Assembly (NCBI GenBank): GCA_965223085.1
Contig: OZ244981.1
Span: forward strand, 182,747 to 246,746
Direction: 5' to 3'
DNA length: 64,000 nucleotides
From: Gammaproteobacteria bacterium
GTDB taxonomy: Bacteria; Pseudomonadota; Gammaproteobacteria; Ga0077536
Shown: piece after piece, positions 1 to 10,672 of the stretch
Layout: every line of letters begins with the position of its first letter
How positions within the stretch are numbered: position 1 is the first letter of the stretch
Made by a program: the position numbers and the translations under genes
Notes under the pieces: generated by a model
Databases searched by the model: none
Told to the model about the DNA's origin: nothing
What the model saw: only the letters and a program-made list of their open reading frames with translations

Positions 1-6
1 GTGGGA

Positions 7-35
7 TTGACAAGGTCGTATCAGCACCGCATATT
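7..35 (+). promoter_or_regulatory. Putative sigma70-like promoter for rpsT (TTGACA at 7-12, 17-bp spacer, CATATT -10-like)
   Basis: Perfect TTGACA hexamer 17 bp upstream of a 4/6 -10 match; AAGGA RBS before the ATG at 71. Confidence 0.3.
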
Positions 36-70
36 TACTTGTTTGCCGTCAGATTTTTAAGGAATCGATA

Positions 71-334
71 TTGGCCAACACAACCCAAGCTCGCAAACGC
101 GCCCGCCAGGGCCAGAAACGCCGCTTCCATAACGCCAGTCGTCGCTCGCTATTGCGCACCCGTATCAAGCAAGTTGTACGCGCGATCGAGTCAGGCGATC
201 AGGAGACGGCACGTGCCGCATATCAACTCGCCGTTCCCGTCATCGACAAAATGGCGGGTTCGAATTTGATTCACAAAAATAAAGCTGCGCGTCATAAGTC
301 GCGCTTGCACGAACGCATCAAAAATATGTCATAG
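71..334 (+). CDS. rpsT: 30S ribosomal protein S20
   Basis: 87-aa basic protein MANTTQARKRARQ... is the typical S20 N-terminus and length. Confidence 0.9.
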   Translation: MANTTQARKRARQGQKRRFHNASRRSLLRTRIKQVVRAIESGDQETARAAYQLAVPVIDKMAGSNLIHKNKAARHKSRLHERIKNMS

Positions 335-357
335 CGCGATCTCATTGCCATCGGCAC

Positions 358-2564
<2,207 letters not shown>

Positions 2565-2565
2565 T

Positions 2566-2593
2566 CAAAAAACCCCGTCGGGGACGGGGTCTC
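2566..2593 (-). terminator. Rho-independent terminator/attenuator between rpmA and obg
   Basis: On the minus-strand RNA, a GACCCCGUCCCCGACGGGGUC-type GC-rich hairpin is followed by U6. Confidence 0.5.
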
Positions 2594-2619
2594 GCTCAAT
2601 TACCACGCGGGAAAACCCG

Positions 2620-2877
2620 TTACGAGGCGTCCACACTGATAAACTTACGCCCTTTCGGTCCCTTCGTCTCAAACGTGACGTGCCCCGCGGCGGTCGCAAA
2701 TAGCGTATGGTCGTGACCACAGCCAACGTTTCGGCCCGGGTGAAAACGGGTACCCCGTTGGCGCAGGATGATCTCGCCGGGTTTGACGGCCTGGCCGCCG
2801 AATCGCTTCACACCGAGGCGTTTCGATTGCGAGTCGCGGCCGTTGCGGGTGCTGCCGCCTGCTTTTTTGTGTGCCAT
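2620..2877 (-). CDS. rpmA: 50S ribosomal protein L27
   Basis: [29 protein letters not shown] is the canonical L27 sequence. Confidence 0.92.
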   Translation of the reverse strand: MAHKKAGGSTRNGRDSQSKRLGVKRFGGQAVKPGEIILRQRGTRFHPGRNVGCGHDHTLFATAAGHVTFETKGPKGRKFISVDAS

Positions 2878-2883
2878 TGTCGC

Positions 2884-3204
2884 TCAACCTCTAGAAATTT
2901 TTGTGATTTCGACGTCGGTGAAATTCTGTCGGTGCCCCATTTGTTTGCGATATTGCTTTCGGCGCTTGAATTTAATGACGCGGATCTTTGGCCCGCGACC
3001 GTGCGCGAGCACTGTTGCCGTAACCTTGGCCCCCGCGACGAGCGGTCGACCGATGCTCGTCGTCTCGCCATCACTGACGAGCAATACGTCCGGAAAATCG
3101 ACCGATTGGCCGGCCTCCGCGTCCAATGTTTCTACGCGTAAACGGGTGCCTTCGGCAACGCGATATTGTTTTCCACCGGTTCTAATAATGGCGTGTGCCG
3201 ACAC
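2884..3204 (-). CDS. rplU: 50S ribosomal protein L21
   Basis: 106 aa with IIRTGGKQYRV...KFKRRKQYRK L21 signature, immediately upstream of rpmA. Confidence 0.9.
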   Translation of the reverse strand: MSAHAIIRTGGKQYRVAEGTRLRVETLDAEAGQSVDFPDVLLVSDGETTSIGRPLVAGAKVTATVLAHGRGPKIRVIKFKRRKQYRKQMGHRQNFTDVEITKISRG

Positions 3205-3381
3205 GATGACTCTCCGCTAGGGGTGATTGAGCGCAGGGCGACCTCCGCTAAGCAGCGGACAATTATAGGAAATTACTCCCGACTCATCAAATCGGGACAC
3301 GCACCTACGGATCTTGTGAGGCATGGCAATTTTGGTTTCGCGTTGGCACAATCGCACACCTACTCGCCACCACGACTCTCG

Positions 3382-4377
3382 ATGTCCACGCTAATTGATT
3401 CTTCGCCCAGCGAAATTTCTGCTATACGCAAGCTAATTGCGGCTGATCTAGCTGCGGTCGACCGCATACTCGAATCGCAACTGCAATCAGATGTGTTTCT
3501 AATTAACCAACTGAGCGACTACATCATCGGCGGCGGCGGCAAACGTTTGCGCCCGATCTTGGCGCTGTTATCCGCGCGGGCATCTAATTACGCGGGGTCT
3601 AAACACGTTAATGTCGCCGTTATCATAGAACTCGTGCATACCGCGACGTTGTTACACGACGATGTCGTTGACGCATCCCATTTGCGCCGCGGCCGGGAAA
3701 CCGCAAACTTAGTCTGGGGCAACGAGGCGAGCGTACTGGTAGGCGATTTTCTCTATTCGCGGGCGTTTCAAATGATGGTCGATATTCGCAATCTGCGCGT
3801 ACTGGAAGTTCTCGCCGACGCTACCAACACGATCGCAGAAGGCGAAGTCATGCAACTCGTCAATTGCCACGATCCCGATATCAGCGAAACGCGCTATTTG
3901 CACACTATTCGTTTCAAAACGGCAAAGCTCTTTGAAGCCGCCGCGGAACTTGGCGCAGTGGTTGCGGAGGGTGGCTCGGAAGCCGAAGCCGCAATGGCCG
4001 CTTATGGGCGCCATTTGGGCACCGCGTTTCAGCTAGTCGACGACGCCCTAGACTATACCGCCTCAGATCAATCACTCGGTAAAAACATCGGTGACGATCT
4101 CGCTGAAGGCAAACCGACGCTACCGCTGCTCTACGCCATGTGGCAGGGTGATCAGGATCAAGCGCGTTGTGTCCGGGAAGCGATAAAACGCGGCGGTCGT
4201 GAACGCATCGACGAAATACTTCGCGCGATCGAGTCTACCGGCGCCATTACCTATACTTTTGATATCGCCAACGCGGAATCAGAAAAAGCGCAACAAGCGC
4301 TCAGCGCAATTCCCGCTTCGCCGTACCGTGAAGCACTGCTATCCTTGGCACAATTCGCAGTAAATCGCCACTCGTAA
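3382..4377 (+). CDS. ispB: Octaprenyl-diphosphate synthase (trans-polyprenyl diphosphate synthase)
   Basis: LLHDDVVD and DDALD aspartate-rich motifs. Divergent from rplU as in the Pseudomonas/E. coli arrangement. The start is set at ATG 3382 (MSTLIDSS); the track ORF carries a spurious N-extension. Confidence 0.85.
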   Translation: MSTLIDSSPSEISAIRKLIAADLAAVDRILESQLQSDVFLINQLSDYIIGGGGKRLRPILALLSARASNYAGSKHVNVAVIIELVHTATLLHDDVVDASHLRRGRETANLVWGNEASVLVGDFLYSRAFQMMVDIRNLRVLEVLADATNTIAEGEVMQLVNCHDPDISETRYLHTIRFKTAKLFEAAAELGAVVAEGGSEAEAAMAAYGRHLGTAFQLVDDALDYTASDQSLGKNIGDDLAEGKPTLPLLYAMWQGDQDQARCVREAIKRGGRERIDEILRAIESTGAITYTFDIANAESEKAQQALSAIPASPYREALLSLAQFAVNRHS

Positions 4378-4431
4378 CTCCTCGACATTTTGGGGATTGG
4401 GATCGCCCCTCAATTCAGCGCAATGTCCAGA

Positions 4432-4959
4432 TTAGTTTTCGCCCTGTAGGATGGCGACGCTCGCGTGCGCGGCCCGCCGGGCACGTTCTGCGAGTTCTTG
4501 GTCAGATACGCTGCTGATGGGATGGGCAATAGTAACGAAACTATAAGCCGCCGCGCCGAGTACGCGCGCCATCAGCTCCGCCGCACTCACGAACTGCTCG
4601 GTCATGATGGCGACGGACGGTAGATTTAACCGCTCTGCGATGATCGCGTCGTGCAGACTGCACGACGAACAACTGCCTCAGTCGCCCACCCCGGCGACGA
4701 GCGCGTGCCACTTCTCCGCGCCATCGAGCACCTGGATCTCCATTGGCGCACTGTAATTTTGTTTCATCAGGCGGACGACCTCGGCGACGCCGTAGTCTTC
4801 ACTTAGCGCCATTTCATAAGCGTCGAAAAACGGCTTCGTGCCCTTTTTGCCGTTCGAGACGACGGCAATCCTTGCGCCGTCGAGCCGCGCCAGACGGGGG
4901 GCCAACTTAAAGCCACCGTTGTCACGTTCGTAGGTCGGATCGAGTACTTCGATAACCAT
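4432..4959 (-). CDS. UGSC-family selenoprotein, with Sec encoded by an in-frame UGA at 4678..4680
   Basis: The 93-aa track ORF ends in ...VAGVGD-TGA, and the same frame stays open for 81 more codons (GSCSSCSLHDAIIAERLNLPSVAIMTEQF...ILQGEN) to a TAA at 4432. This gives a D-U-G-S-C motif. A SECIS-like hairpin begins 11 nt after the UGA. Confidence 0.7.
4647..4667 (-). promoter_or_regulatory. Bacterial SECIS element (SelB-binding hairpin) downstream of the recoded UGA
   Basis: mRNA CGUCGUGCAG-U-CUGCACGACG is a perfect inverted repeat whose apical GCAGUCUGCAC closely resembles the E. coli fdhF SECIS apex GCAGGUCUGCAC. The apex lies about 22 nt 3' of the UGA. Confidence 0.6.
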
Positions 4960-4977
4960 TCTCCTGGGTTCGACGAA

Positions 4978-6045
4978 TTATGGACCGCAATCGAGACACG
5001 CGCCAACAGCCATCGAAACCGCGTGGCTCTTCGCTCCGAACCATGGCGGTATGACCGCGCCAAAGCCGCCCGCCGGACCGCCTGCCGCAATCACGAGGAC
5101 GTCATCAGGCACCGTAAAAGCGCGATACACCGCGTCACCCTTCTCGCCAACAACCGCGCCCTTGCCGCACGCGGACCAGTCGCTTCGCTTTATATGCGCG
5201 TGCTCGAAAACATACTCACGTACATCCGCCTTAGACCAGTTCGCCGCATCGAAATGCGCGCGCAATTGTGGCGGCACGATCAGCGCATAGTTGCCGGGCC
5301 AGATCGAATAATGCCGCATATTCGTGCGGATCTCCGCAACATAGGTATCGAGAATCTCCTCCGGCAGCGTGGTCCATTCGTTCATGAATTGGCGCGGCGC
5401 GCCGGCCGCCATCACGGTCACGGAGGAAGCATGCCGCGGCACATTTCGTTCTTCCGCCAATGGTAACCACGGCGTGTTTTCTTCGTCCTCTGCCAGGCAA
5501 TAACTGATCTTGCCTGGGTGTCCCAAGGTCGCGCGATCGACTTCGCCCGGGCGCACGTCGAGCAAATTGTATAAGGCGAGGCGTATTGCGCGGCCGATGC
5601 AGGTACTCGCGCGCTCGGTCGAAGCCAGCGCGTTGAAGGTTCCATCCATATCGAGTTCTTTGCGAATGGGCCCATTGACGATGACGAGAATCGCACAGCC
5701 AGCCGTGCTCGCCGTCGCACCGTGCAGCAAAAAAGGCGCTTGCAACATAGCCATAAACGCGGTCACCACCAGCGGAAAGTGCGGCGCTAAACATCCCGCC
5801 ATGACCGCGTTGATGGCGAGCTTCTCGGCGCTGATGGCCCGCTCGCGTACCGGTTCAATACCGATCAATTGATCTGGTGTCATCAACGCCCCCTCGAGAC
5901 AGGCGTTGACGGCGTCCGCGGTAGGGGGCACAACGGGCAAGCCGTCGGTCCACTTGCGGCGGTGAAAAAATTCTTGCGCAGCGGCGAAGTCTTTTATCTT
6001 ATGGCGTGCCGAGGCCAACCTCGGCTTCACCGTAGCGGTAGCCAT
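4978..6045 (-). CDS. Conserved hypothetical protein (355 aa) immediately upstream of, and likely co-transcribed with, the selenoprotein gene
   Basis: Long ORF with good codon usage, an 18-nt gap to the selenoprotein start, and Gly/Ala-rich motifs (AAGGPAGGFGAV, GACLDCGP). I could not place it in a family. Confidence 0.5.
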   Translation of the reverse strand: MATATVKPRLASARHKIKDFAAAQEFFHRRKWTDGLPVVPPTADAVNACLEGALMTPDQLIGIEPVRERAISAEKLAINAVMAGCLAPHFPLVVTAFMAMLQAPFLLHGATASTAGCAILVIVNGPIRKELDMDGTFNALASTERASTCIGRAIRLALYNLLDVRPGEVDRATLGHPGKISYCLAEDEENTPWLPLAEERNVPRHASSVTVMAAGAPRQFMNEWTTLPEEILDTYVAEIRTNMRHYSIWPGNYALIVPPQLRAHFDAANWSKADVREYVFEHAHIKRSDWSACGKGAVVGEKGDAVYRAFTVPDDVLVIAAGGPAGGFGAVIPPWFGAKSHAVSMAVGACLDCGP

Positions 6046-6417
6046 GTTGTGTGGTCTTCCATAAGCGCTCGCCCTAAATCCTACCGAGCACGTCCCCCTG
6101 AATGCAACCGCATCATAGATCTCAAATTAAGCAAATTAAGGACAGGCACAAAACTTGATGAACCCCACAAGGAAATGAAGTAATGTGTTTCACACCGGCC
6201 CGCATATTGCCCGAACGTCACGGATGACGGCGAAGAGGAGGCCGATCTCAGGACCAGCCTAAAACCGAAACGCGGCCGCAGTTTCGCTCTGAGCATGATC
6301 ACGAAGCTTAGGCGACGCTGACCGAAACCAGGCCGCAGCGGTGAACAAATGCACTAAGCGCGTCGTGCAATAGCTGGGGCTTGTTAGCCAAATCAAACTT
6401 GTCAAGGAGGACGAGCG

Positions 6418-6900
6418 ATGACACAACCCAGACACAGCTTAGTGTCCGTATCAGAGACCCCGTACTATCACGTGATTTCCCGTTGTGTGCGCCGCGCGTT
6501 CCTGTGTGGTGACGACCGTTATTCGGGTCGCAACTATGACCACCGCCGCGATTGGGTACTCGAACGTCTCAAGATTTTGAGTGAAGTCTTTGCCATAGAC
6601 GTTTGCAGCTACGCCATCATGAGCAATCATTTTCACCTAGTTGTGCATCTTGATATCGGGAAGACAGCGACCTGGACTGTCGATGAGGTGATTGACCGTT
6701 GGTGTCGGTTATTTAAAGGCCCAGAGCTTATCCAACGCTATCGCGCCGCGGATACCTTGAGCGAAAACCAATATGCTGACGTTAGCCAAATTGCCGAGGG
6801 GTGGCGTAATCGCCTCGGCAGCTTAAGTTGGTATATGCGGTGTCTGAACGAACATATTGCACGCAAAGCGAATGCTGAAGACGAATGTACCGGCCATTTC
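6418..6900 (+). pseudogene. N-terminal fragment of a long-form Y1/HUH (IS200-like, Transposase_17-type) transposase-like gene, interrupted by an IS
   Basis: AGGAGG RBS; the HUH motif SNHFHLVVH; the native frame ends ...ECTGHF at the IS junction. The track ORF reads on into the IS. Confidence 0.7.
6893..6900. repeat. 8-bp target-site duplication (GCCATTTC), left copy
   Basis: Identical octamer directly flanks both IS ends. Confidence 0.7.
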
Positions 6901-8224
6901 GGTAGTGTCAGAAATTCTGTGTTTGAGCCGTTTAAAGAAATCAATCGTTTAAATTAAACCGCTCTCCGAACTGGATTGCAAACTGGGTTTTGGCATGAGA
7001 CCAGGCGATGGGTGGGTTCTTCCATTTCGCCGTGATATTTCTCAATGCCAGCCAGATCAATTTCGTTGCCGCTTCATCATTCGGGAAGTGGCCTTTATTG
7101 CGGATGCTTTTTCGCACGCCGCTGTGTAGCGATTCAATCGCATTTGTCGTGTAGATAATCTTTCGCACGGGTTTAGCGAAAGCAAAGAACGGGATGATGT
7201 GCTCCCAATGCCGTCGCCAGCTTTGTCCGACCGTCGGAAACTTTTCACCCCAATCACTTTGTTCGAATTCGCTTAGCGCCTGCTCGGCCGCTTCGACAGA
7301 ATCAGCTTGGTAAATCGGCTTGAGCGCCGACGCTAGCGCCTTACGATCTTTCCATGAGGCCAACGCGAGTGAATTGCGGATGAGATGGACGATGCAGGTC
7401 TGCACAACCGTATCGGGAAACACCGATGTGATAGCGTCGGGGAATCCTTTGAGGCCATCGACAACTGCGATGAGGATGTCGTTGAGGCCGCGGGATTTGA
7501 GTTCGTTCATCACACGGAGCCAAAATTTAGCGCCTTCAGTTTGTTCGATCCATAAGCCCAATACTTCCTTGTGGCCCGAGCAACGCATCCCGATGGCCAG
7601 ATACACCGCCTTGTTGCGGACCAGGCCTTCGTCACGGATTTTCACGCGCAACGCATCGAAGAATACCACCGCGTAGGTGGATTCCAACGGACGCGATTGC
7701 CACGCCCTCACTTCGTCGATAACTGAATCAGTCACCACCGAAACGAGATCCGGTGATATCGATACGCCATACAGTTCACCAACGTGCGATTGAATATCCC
7801 GGGTACTCATCCCTCGCGCATACAGCGCGATGATCTTTTCATCGAAGCCTGGGAATCGGCGTTGATATTTTTTGATTAACGCCGGGTCGAAGTGACCGTG
7901 ACGGTCTCGGGGAATGTCCAGAACAATCTCGCCATCGTCGCTCAACACCGTCTTCTGGCTTGAGCCATTACGGTGGTTGCCAGCTTGCTGCTCGGCTTCG
8001 CCGTCGAGGTGCGCATCCATCTCTGCGTTGAGCATTCGCTCAGCCAGGGCCTTCTTAAGGTCGCCAAGCAACCCCGCCGAACTCAACGCCGTCGCCGGGT
8101 CTTGTCCTTTGAGAAGCTCGTCTAAGATATCGGCGTCGAACGCCGGGGATTTTGCTTTTGCCATACTGCTCTCCTTCCCATAGCAGGATAGTATGGCTCA
8201 AAACACAAAATTACTGACAGTCTC
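6901..8224 (-). mobile_element. IS256-family insertion sequence (1324 bp)
   Basis: Single 407-aa IS256/mutator-type transposase. Imperfect ~26-bp terminal inverted repeats (GGTAGTGTCAGAAATTCTGTGTTTGAGCC versus the reverse complement of GGCTCAAAACACAAAATTACTGACAGTCTC). 8-bp TSD. Confidence 0.8.
6941..8164 (-). CDS. IS256-family transposase
   Basis: 407 aa with conserved IS256 regions (MSTRDI, YLAIGM, FPDTVVQTCIVHLIRNSL, TTNAIESLH). Confidence 0.88.
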   Translation of the reverse strand: MAKAKSPAFDADILDELLKGQDPATALSSAGLLGDLKKALAERMLNAEMDAHLDGEAEQQAGNHRNGSSQKTVLSDDGEIVLDIPRDRHGHFDPALIKKYQRRFPGFDEKIIALYARGMSTRDIQSHVGELYGVSISPDLVSVVTDSVIDEVRAWQSRPLESTYAVVFFDALRVKIRDEGLVRNKAVYLAIGMRCSGHKEVLGLWIEQTEGAKFWLRVMNELKSRGLNDILIAVVDGLKGFPDAITSVFPDTVVQTCIVHLIRNSLALASWKDRKALASALKPIYQADSVEAAEQALSEFEQSDWGEKFPTVGQSWRRHWEHIIPFFAFAKPVRKIIYTTNAIESLHSGVRKSIRNKGHFPNDEAATKLIWLALRNITAKWKNPPIAWSHAKTQFAIQFGERFNLND

Positions 8225-8232
8225 GCCATTTC
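8225..8232. repeat. 8-bp target-site duplication (GCCATTTC), right copy
   Basis: Matches 6893..6900. Confidence 0.7.
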
Positions 8233-8745
8233 TGGGAAAGTCGCTTTAAATGTCAGGCCTTGTTAGACCAAACCGCCCTGGTAACCGCCATGGCCTATGT
8301 GGACTTGAACCCAGTCCGGGCAAATCTGGCAACAGGTATTTCAGACAGCGACAAAACATCCGCCCAACAACGGCTTAAGGTCGCAGTGCGAAAAGACATC
8401 GACGATCGCATTCGGCTAATGGACTTCCAAGGCAGTGCAAAAGAAAAAGCCTCGCCCAAGATTCAGTTCAGTTTGCGAGATTACCTTGAACTGATCGATT
8501 GGACAAGCCGCTGTATTCGAGAAGAAAAACACAGCACCATTGATCGCAATTCACCCCGCTTATTTACCCAACTCGATATTAATCAACACGAGTGGTTACC
8601 GAACGTGACTGCGATGCAATCCCGCTATGAAAAAGTAATGGGTTCGCCCAGACGGATGCGACATCATGCCCAATCACGTGGCGGCAAATTTTGTCGCGGT
8701 CACCGCTATGCCGAACGGCTTTATCGACGCCTAAATACACGGTAA
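8225..8745 (+). pseudogene. C-terminal fragment of the interrupted Y1/HUH transposase-like gene
   Basis: The frame resumes HFWESRFKCQALLDQTALVTAMAYVDLNPVRANLA, which is the conserved catalytic-Tyr region. Joining 6418..6900 to 8233..8745 restores ~331 aa. Confidence 0.7.
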
Positions 8746-8798
8746 CGAACGTCCGTTATACCTCACGGCTGCAAGAATCTGGCACCAACTTTTCATGC

Positions 8799-8986
8799 CT
8801 GTCCCTGAGTAATCCCTGAGTAATCCCTGAGTAATCCCTGAGTAATCCCTGAGTAATCCCTGAGTAATCCCTGAGTAATCCCTGAGTAATCCCTGAGTAA
8901 TCCCTGAGTAATCCCTGAGTAATCCCTGAGTAATCCCTGAGTAATCCCTGAGTAATCATCTGCGTAATCTCTGCGTAATCACCCTG
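8799..8986. repeat. 11-bp tandem repeat (TAATCCCTGAG): 13 perfect copies plus about 4 degenerate flanking copies
   Basis: Perfect 143-bp array at 8810..8952. Degenerate units GTCCCTGAG / TAATCATCTGCG / TAATCTCTGCG / TAATCACCCTG sit at the edges. It lies in a convergent intergenic region. Confidence 0.9.
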
Positions 8987-9104
8987 CTAGGAGTTTGCAA
9001 TGAGTCACATCGCTGTGCTTGGGAAACGTCATCGCGGCATAAACAATAACTCGAGCTTATAAAGCGCACGCAAGCCGCCGGTGTCGTACGCGGCGAATAA
9101 CGCC

Positions 9105-10262
9105 TCAGCAAACCCCAGTGCGGTGCAGCTGTCGTCGCCTCGCTTCGTCGTACCCTAACCTTTCTAGTATCTCATCAGTGTGTTCACCTATTTCAGCGCA
9201 GGCACCCGACGGCCGCCCCGGTTCGTCACGAAATTTTATCGGCGTGCCCAGATGCTCAACGCCGTCAAGCCCTTCTTGAATCATGCCACGCTCACGCAGA
9301 TAAGGCGCGTGCCAAGCTTCATAGATATCCAACACCGGTGCGTAACAAACGCCTTTGTCCGCGAGCCAGGCGTCCCATTCATCACGAGTTTTCTCGACGA
9401 ACGTCGCAGCCAGAAAGTCGCGTACCGGTGCTTGTGCCGCTCCCCAGGGCTCACGACACAAGGCGATCAGATCTGGTCGTTCCAAAGCATTCAACAGGTT
9501 TTCAACAAAGTTCATTTCTGCACCCGACAAAACGAGATAACGGTCATCAGCGGTCTTATAAATGTTGTAGAAAGCGGCGCCACCATGCAGGCGCTCCCGC
9601 GCGAGCTCCGGCGGACGGTGCTCGGCGATGACGCTGCTCAGAATATGCGGCGTCCACGCCATCAGGGTATCCAGCATCGCCGCATCGATGAAATCCCCTT
9701 TGCCAGTCGTCTCACGCCGCAAAAGTGCCATCAGGATCGCAGCCAAGGCGCTGGAGCCCAACGCGATATCGGCCATCGGCAAGCTCGGTAAGATCGGCGG
9801 CGCACCGTCGCGCTGGCCCAAACTCAGCACCCCGGTCAACGCCTGCGCGCCGATATCATGCGATGGGCGCTCAGCGAGTGCACCGGTTTGGCCAAACGCG
9901 GATAACGAACAATAGACGATCCGAGGATTGCGCGAGCACACGGCGTCATAGCCAATTCCGAGTCGATCGACGACACCGGGGCGAAACGATTCAATGATGA
10001 CATCGGATTCATCGGCGAGGCGCAGAAAGATCGCTAGACCTTCTGCCGTTTTTAGGTTTAAGCGCAAGCTTTGTTTACCGCGTTGCGTATTGCGAAAGTA
10101 CGCGGTGAAGCCCTTCACTTCGTGGCCGAGCTTGCGCGTCGTCTCGCCATCAAAACTCTCGACTTTGATTACCTCCGCACCATGATCCGCGAGCGTCAAT
10201 CCGGCATGGGGACCTGGTAGAAAACGTGACAGATCGAGGGCGCGAATACCTTCAAGTTTCAT
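9105..10262 (-). CDS. CoA-transferase family III (CaiB/BaiF) protein
   Basis: MKLEGIRALDLSRFLPGPHAGLTLADHGAEVIKVE is the typical family III N-terminus. Confidence 0.8.
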   Translation of the reverse strand: MKLEGIRALDLSRFLPGPHAGLTLADHGAEVIKVESFDGETTRKLGHEVKGFTAYFRNTQRGKQSLRLNLKTAEGLAIFLRLADESDVIIESFRPGVVDRLGIGYDAVCSRNPRIVYCSLSAFGQTGALAERPSHDIGAQALTGVLSLGQRDGAPPILPSLPMADIALGSSALAAILMALLRRETTGKGDFIDAAMLDTLMAWTPHILSSVIAEHRPPELARERLHGGAAFYNIYKTADDRYLVLSGAEMNFVENLLNALERPDLIALCREPWGAAQAPVRDFLAATFVEKTRDEWDAWLADKGVCYAPVLDIYEAWHAPYLRERGMIQEGLDGVEHLGTPIKFRDEPGRPSGACAEIGEHTDEILERLGYDEARRRQLHRTGVC

Positions 10263-10672
10263 TGCTTTCCCCGTTGCAGTAAGTCAATCGCTCACACCGA
10301 TCACTGATGTCAGCCTCAGGGCCCGTTCCGCGTGTGCCTCCAAGGTCCGCCGCCTGCGCCTTGTGAGCGCATGATAAACAGATTCACAACCGTGTCGACC
10401 GCCAAGATCCACACGCTCTGCCTATACATATCACGAGTCGCGCTAGTTCCACCCGCTGAGTGCGGCACCGTCGGAGAAAGACAATGCGCCGCGGGCGTCG
10501 ATCTTCGCGAGGGATCGGGATTTGATTCGAGCACTGCAAGCGATCGCTGCCGTTAACGGTCGCGGACTCGATGTGCTGTGGCGGCGTGATTTGCTAGCGG
10601 GAATGGAATGTTAGTTCCTAATCTCGAGCATTAGCGCCTCGCTTAAAGCACGGCTAGCAGTCTAGGTGCCGA

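Noticed and set aside
4391-4408. Bidirectional terminator between the convergent ispB and selenoprotein genes (GGGGATTGGGATCGCCCC)
   Set aside because: Only a ~4-bp GC stem with no flanking T/A runs. Too weak to call.
4678-4959. Treating the 93-aa ORF as a complete small protein
   Set aside because: The frame is open for 81 further codons after the TGA, and a SECIS-like hairpin follows. Sec readthrough is the better explanation.
8756-8959. 67-aa ORF (MITQGLLRDYSG... repeated) on the minus strand
   Set aside because: It lies entirely inside the 11-bp tandem repeat. The periodic peptide is an artefact of reading three repeat units per 11 codons. There is no start context or RBS.
8799-8986. 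Possible CRISPR array
   Set aside because: Units are 11 bp, contiguous and identical with no spacers. There are no cas genes nearby.
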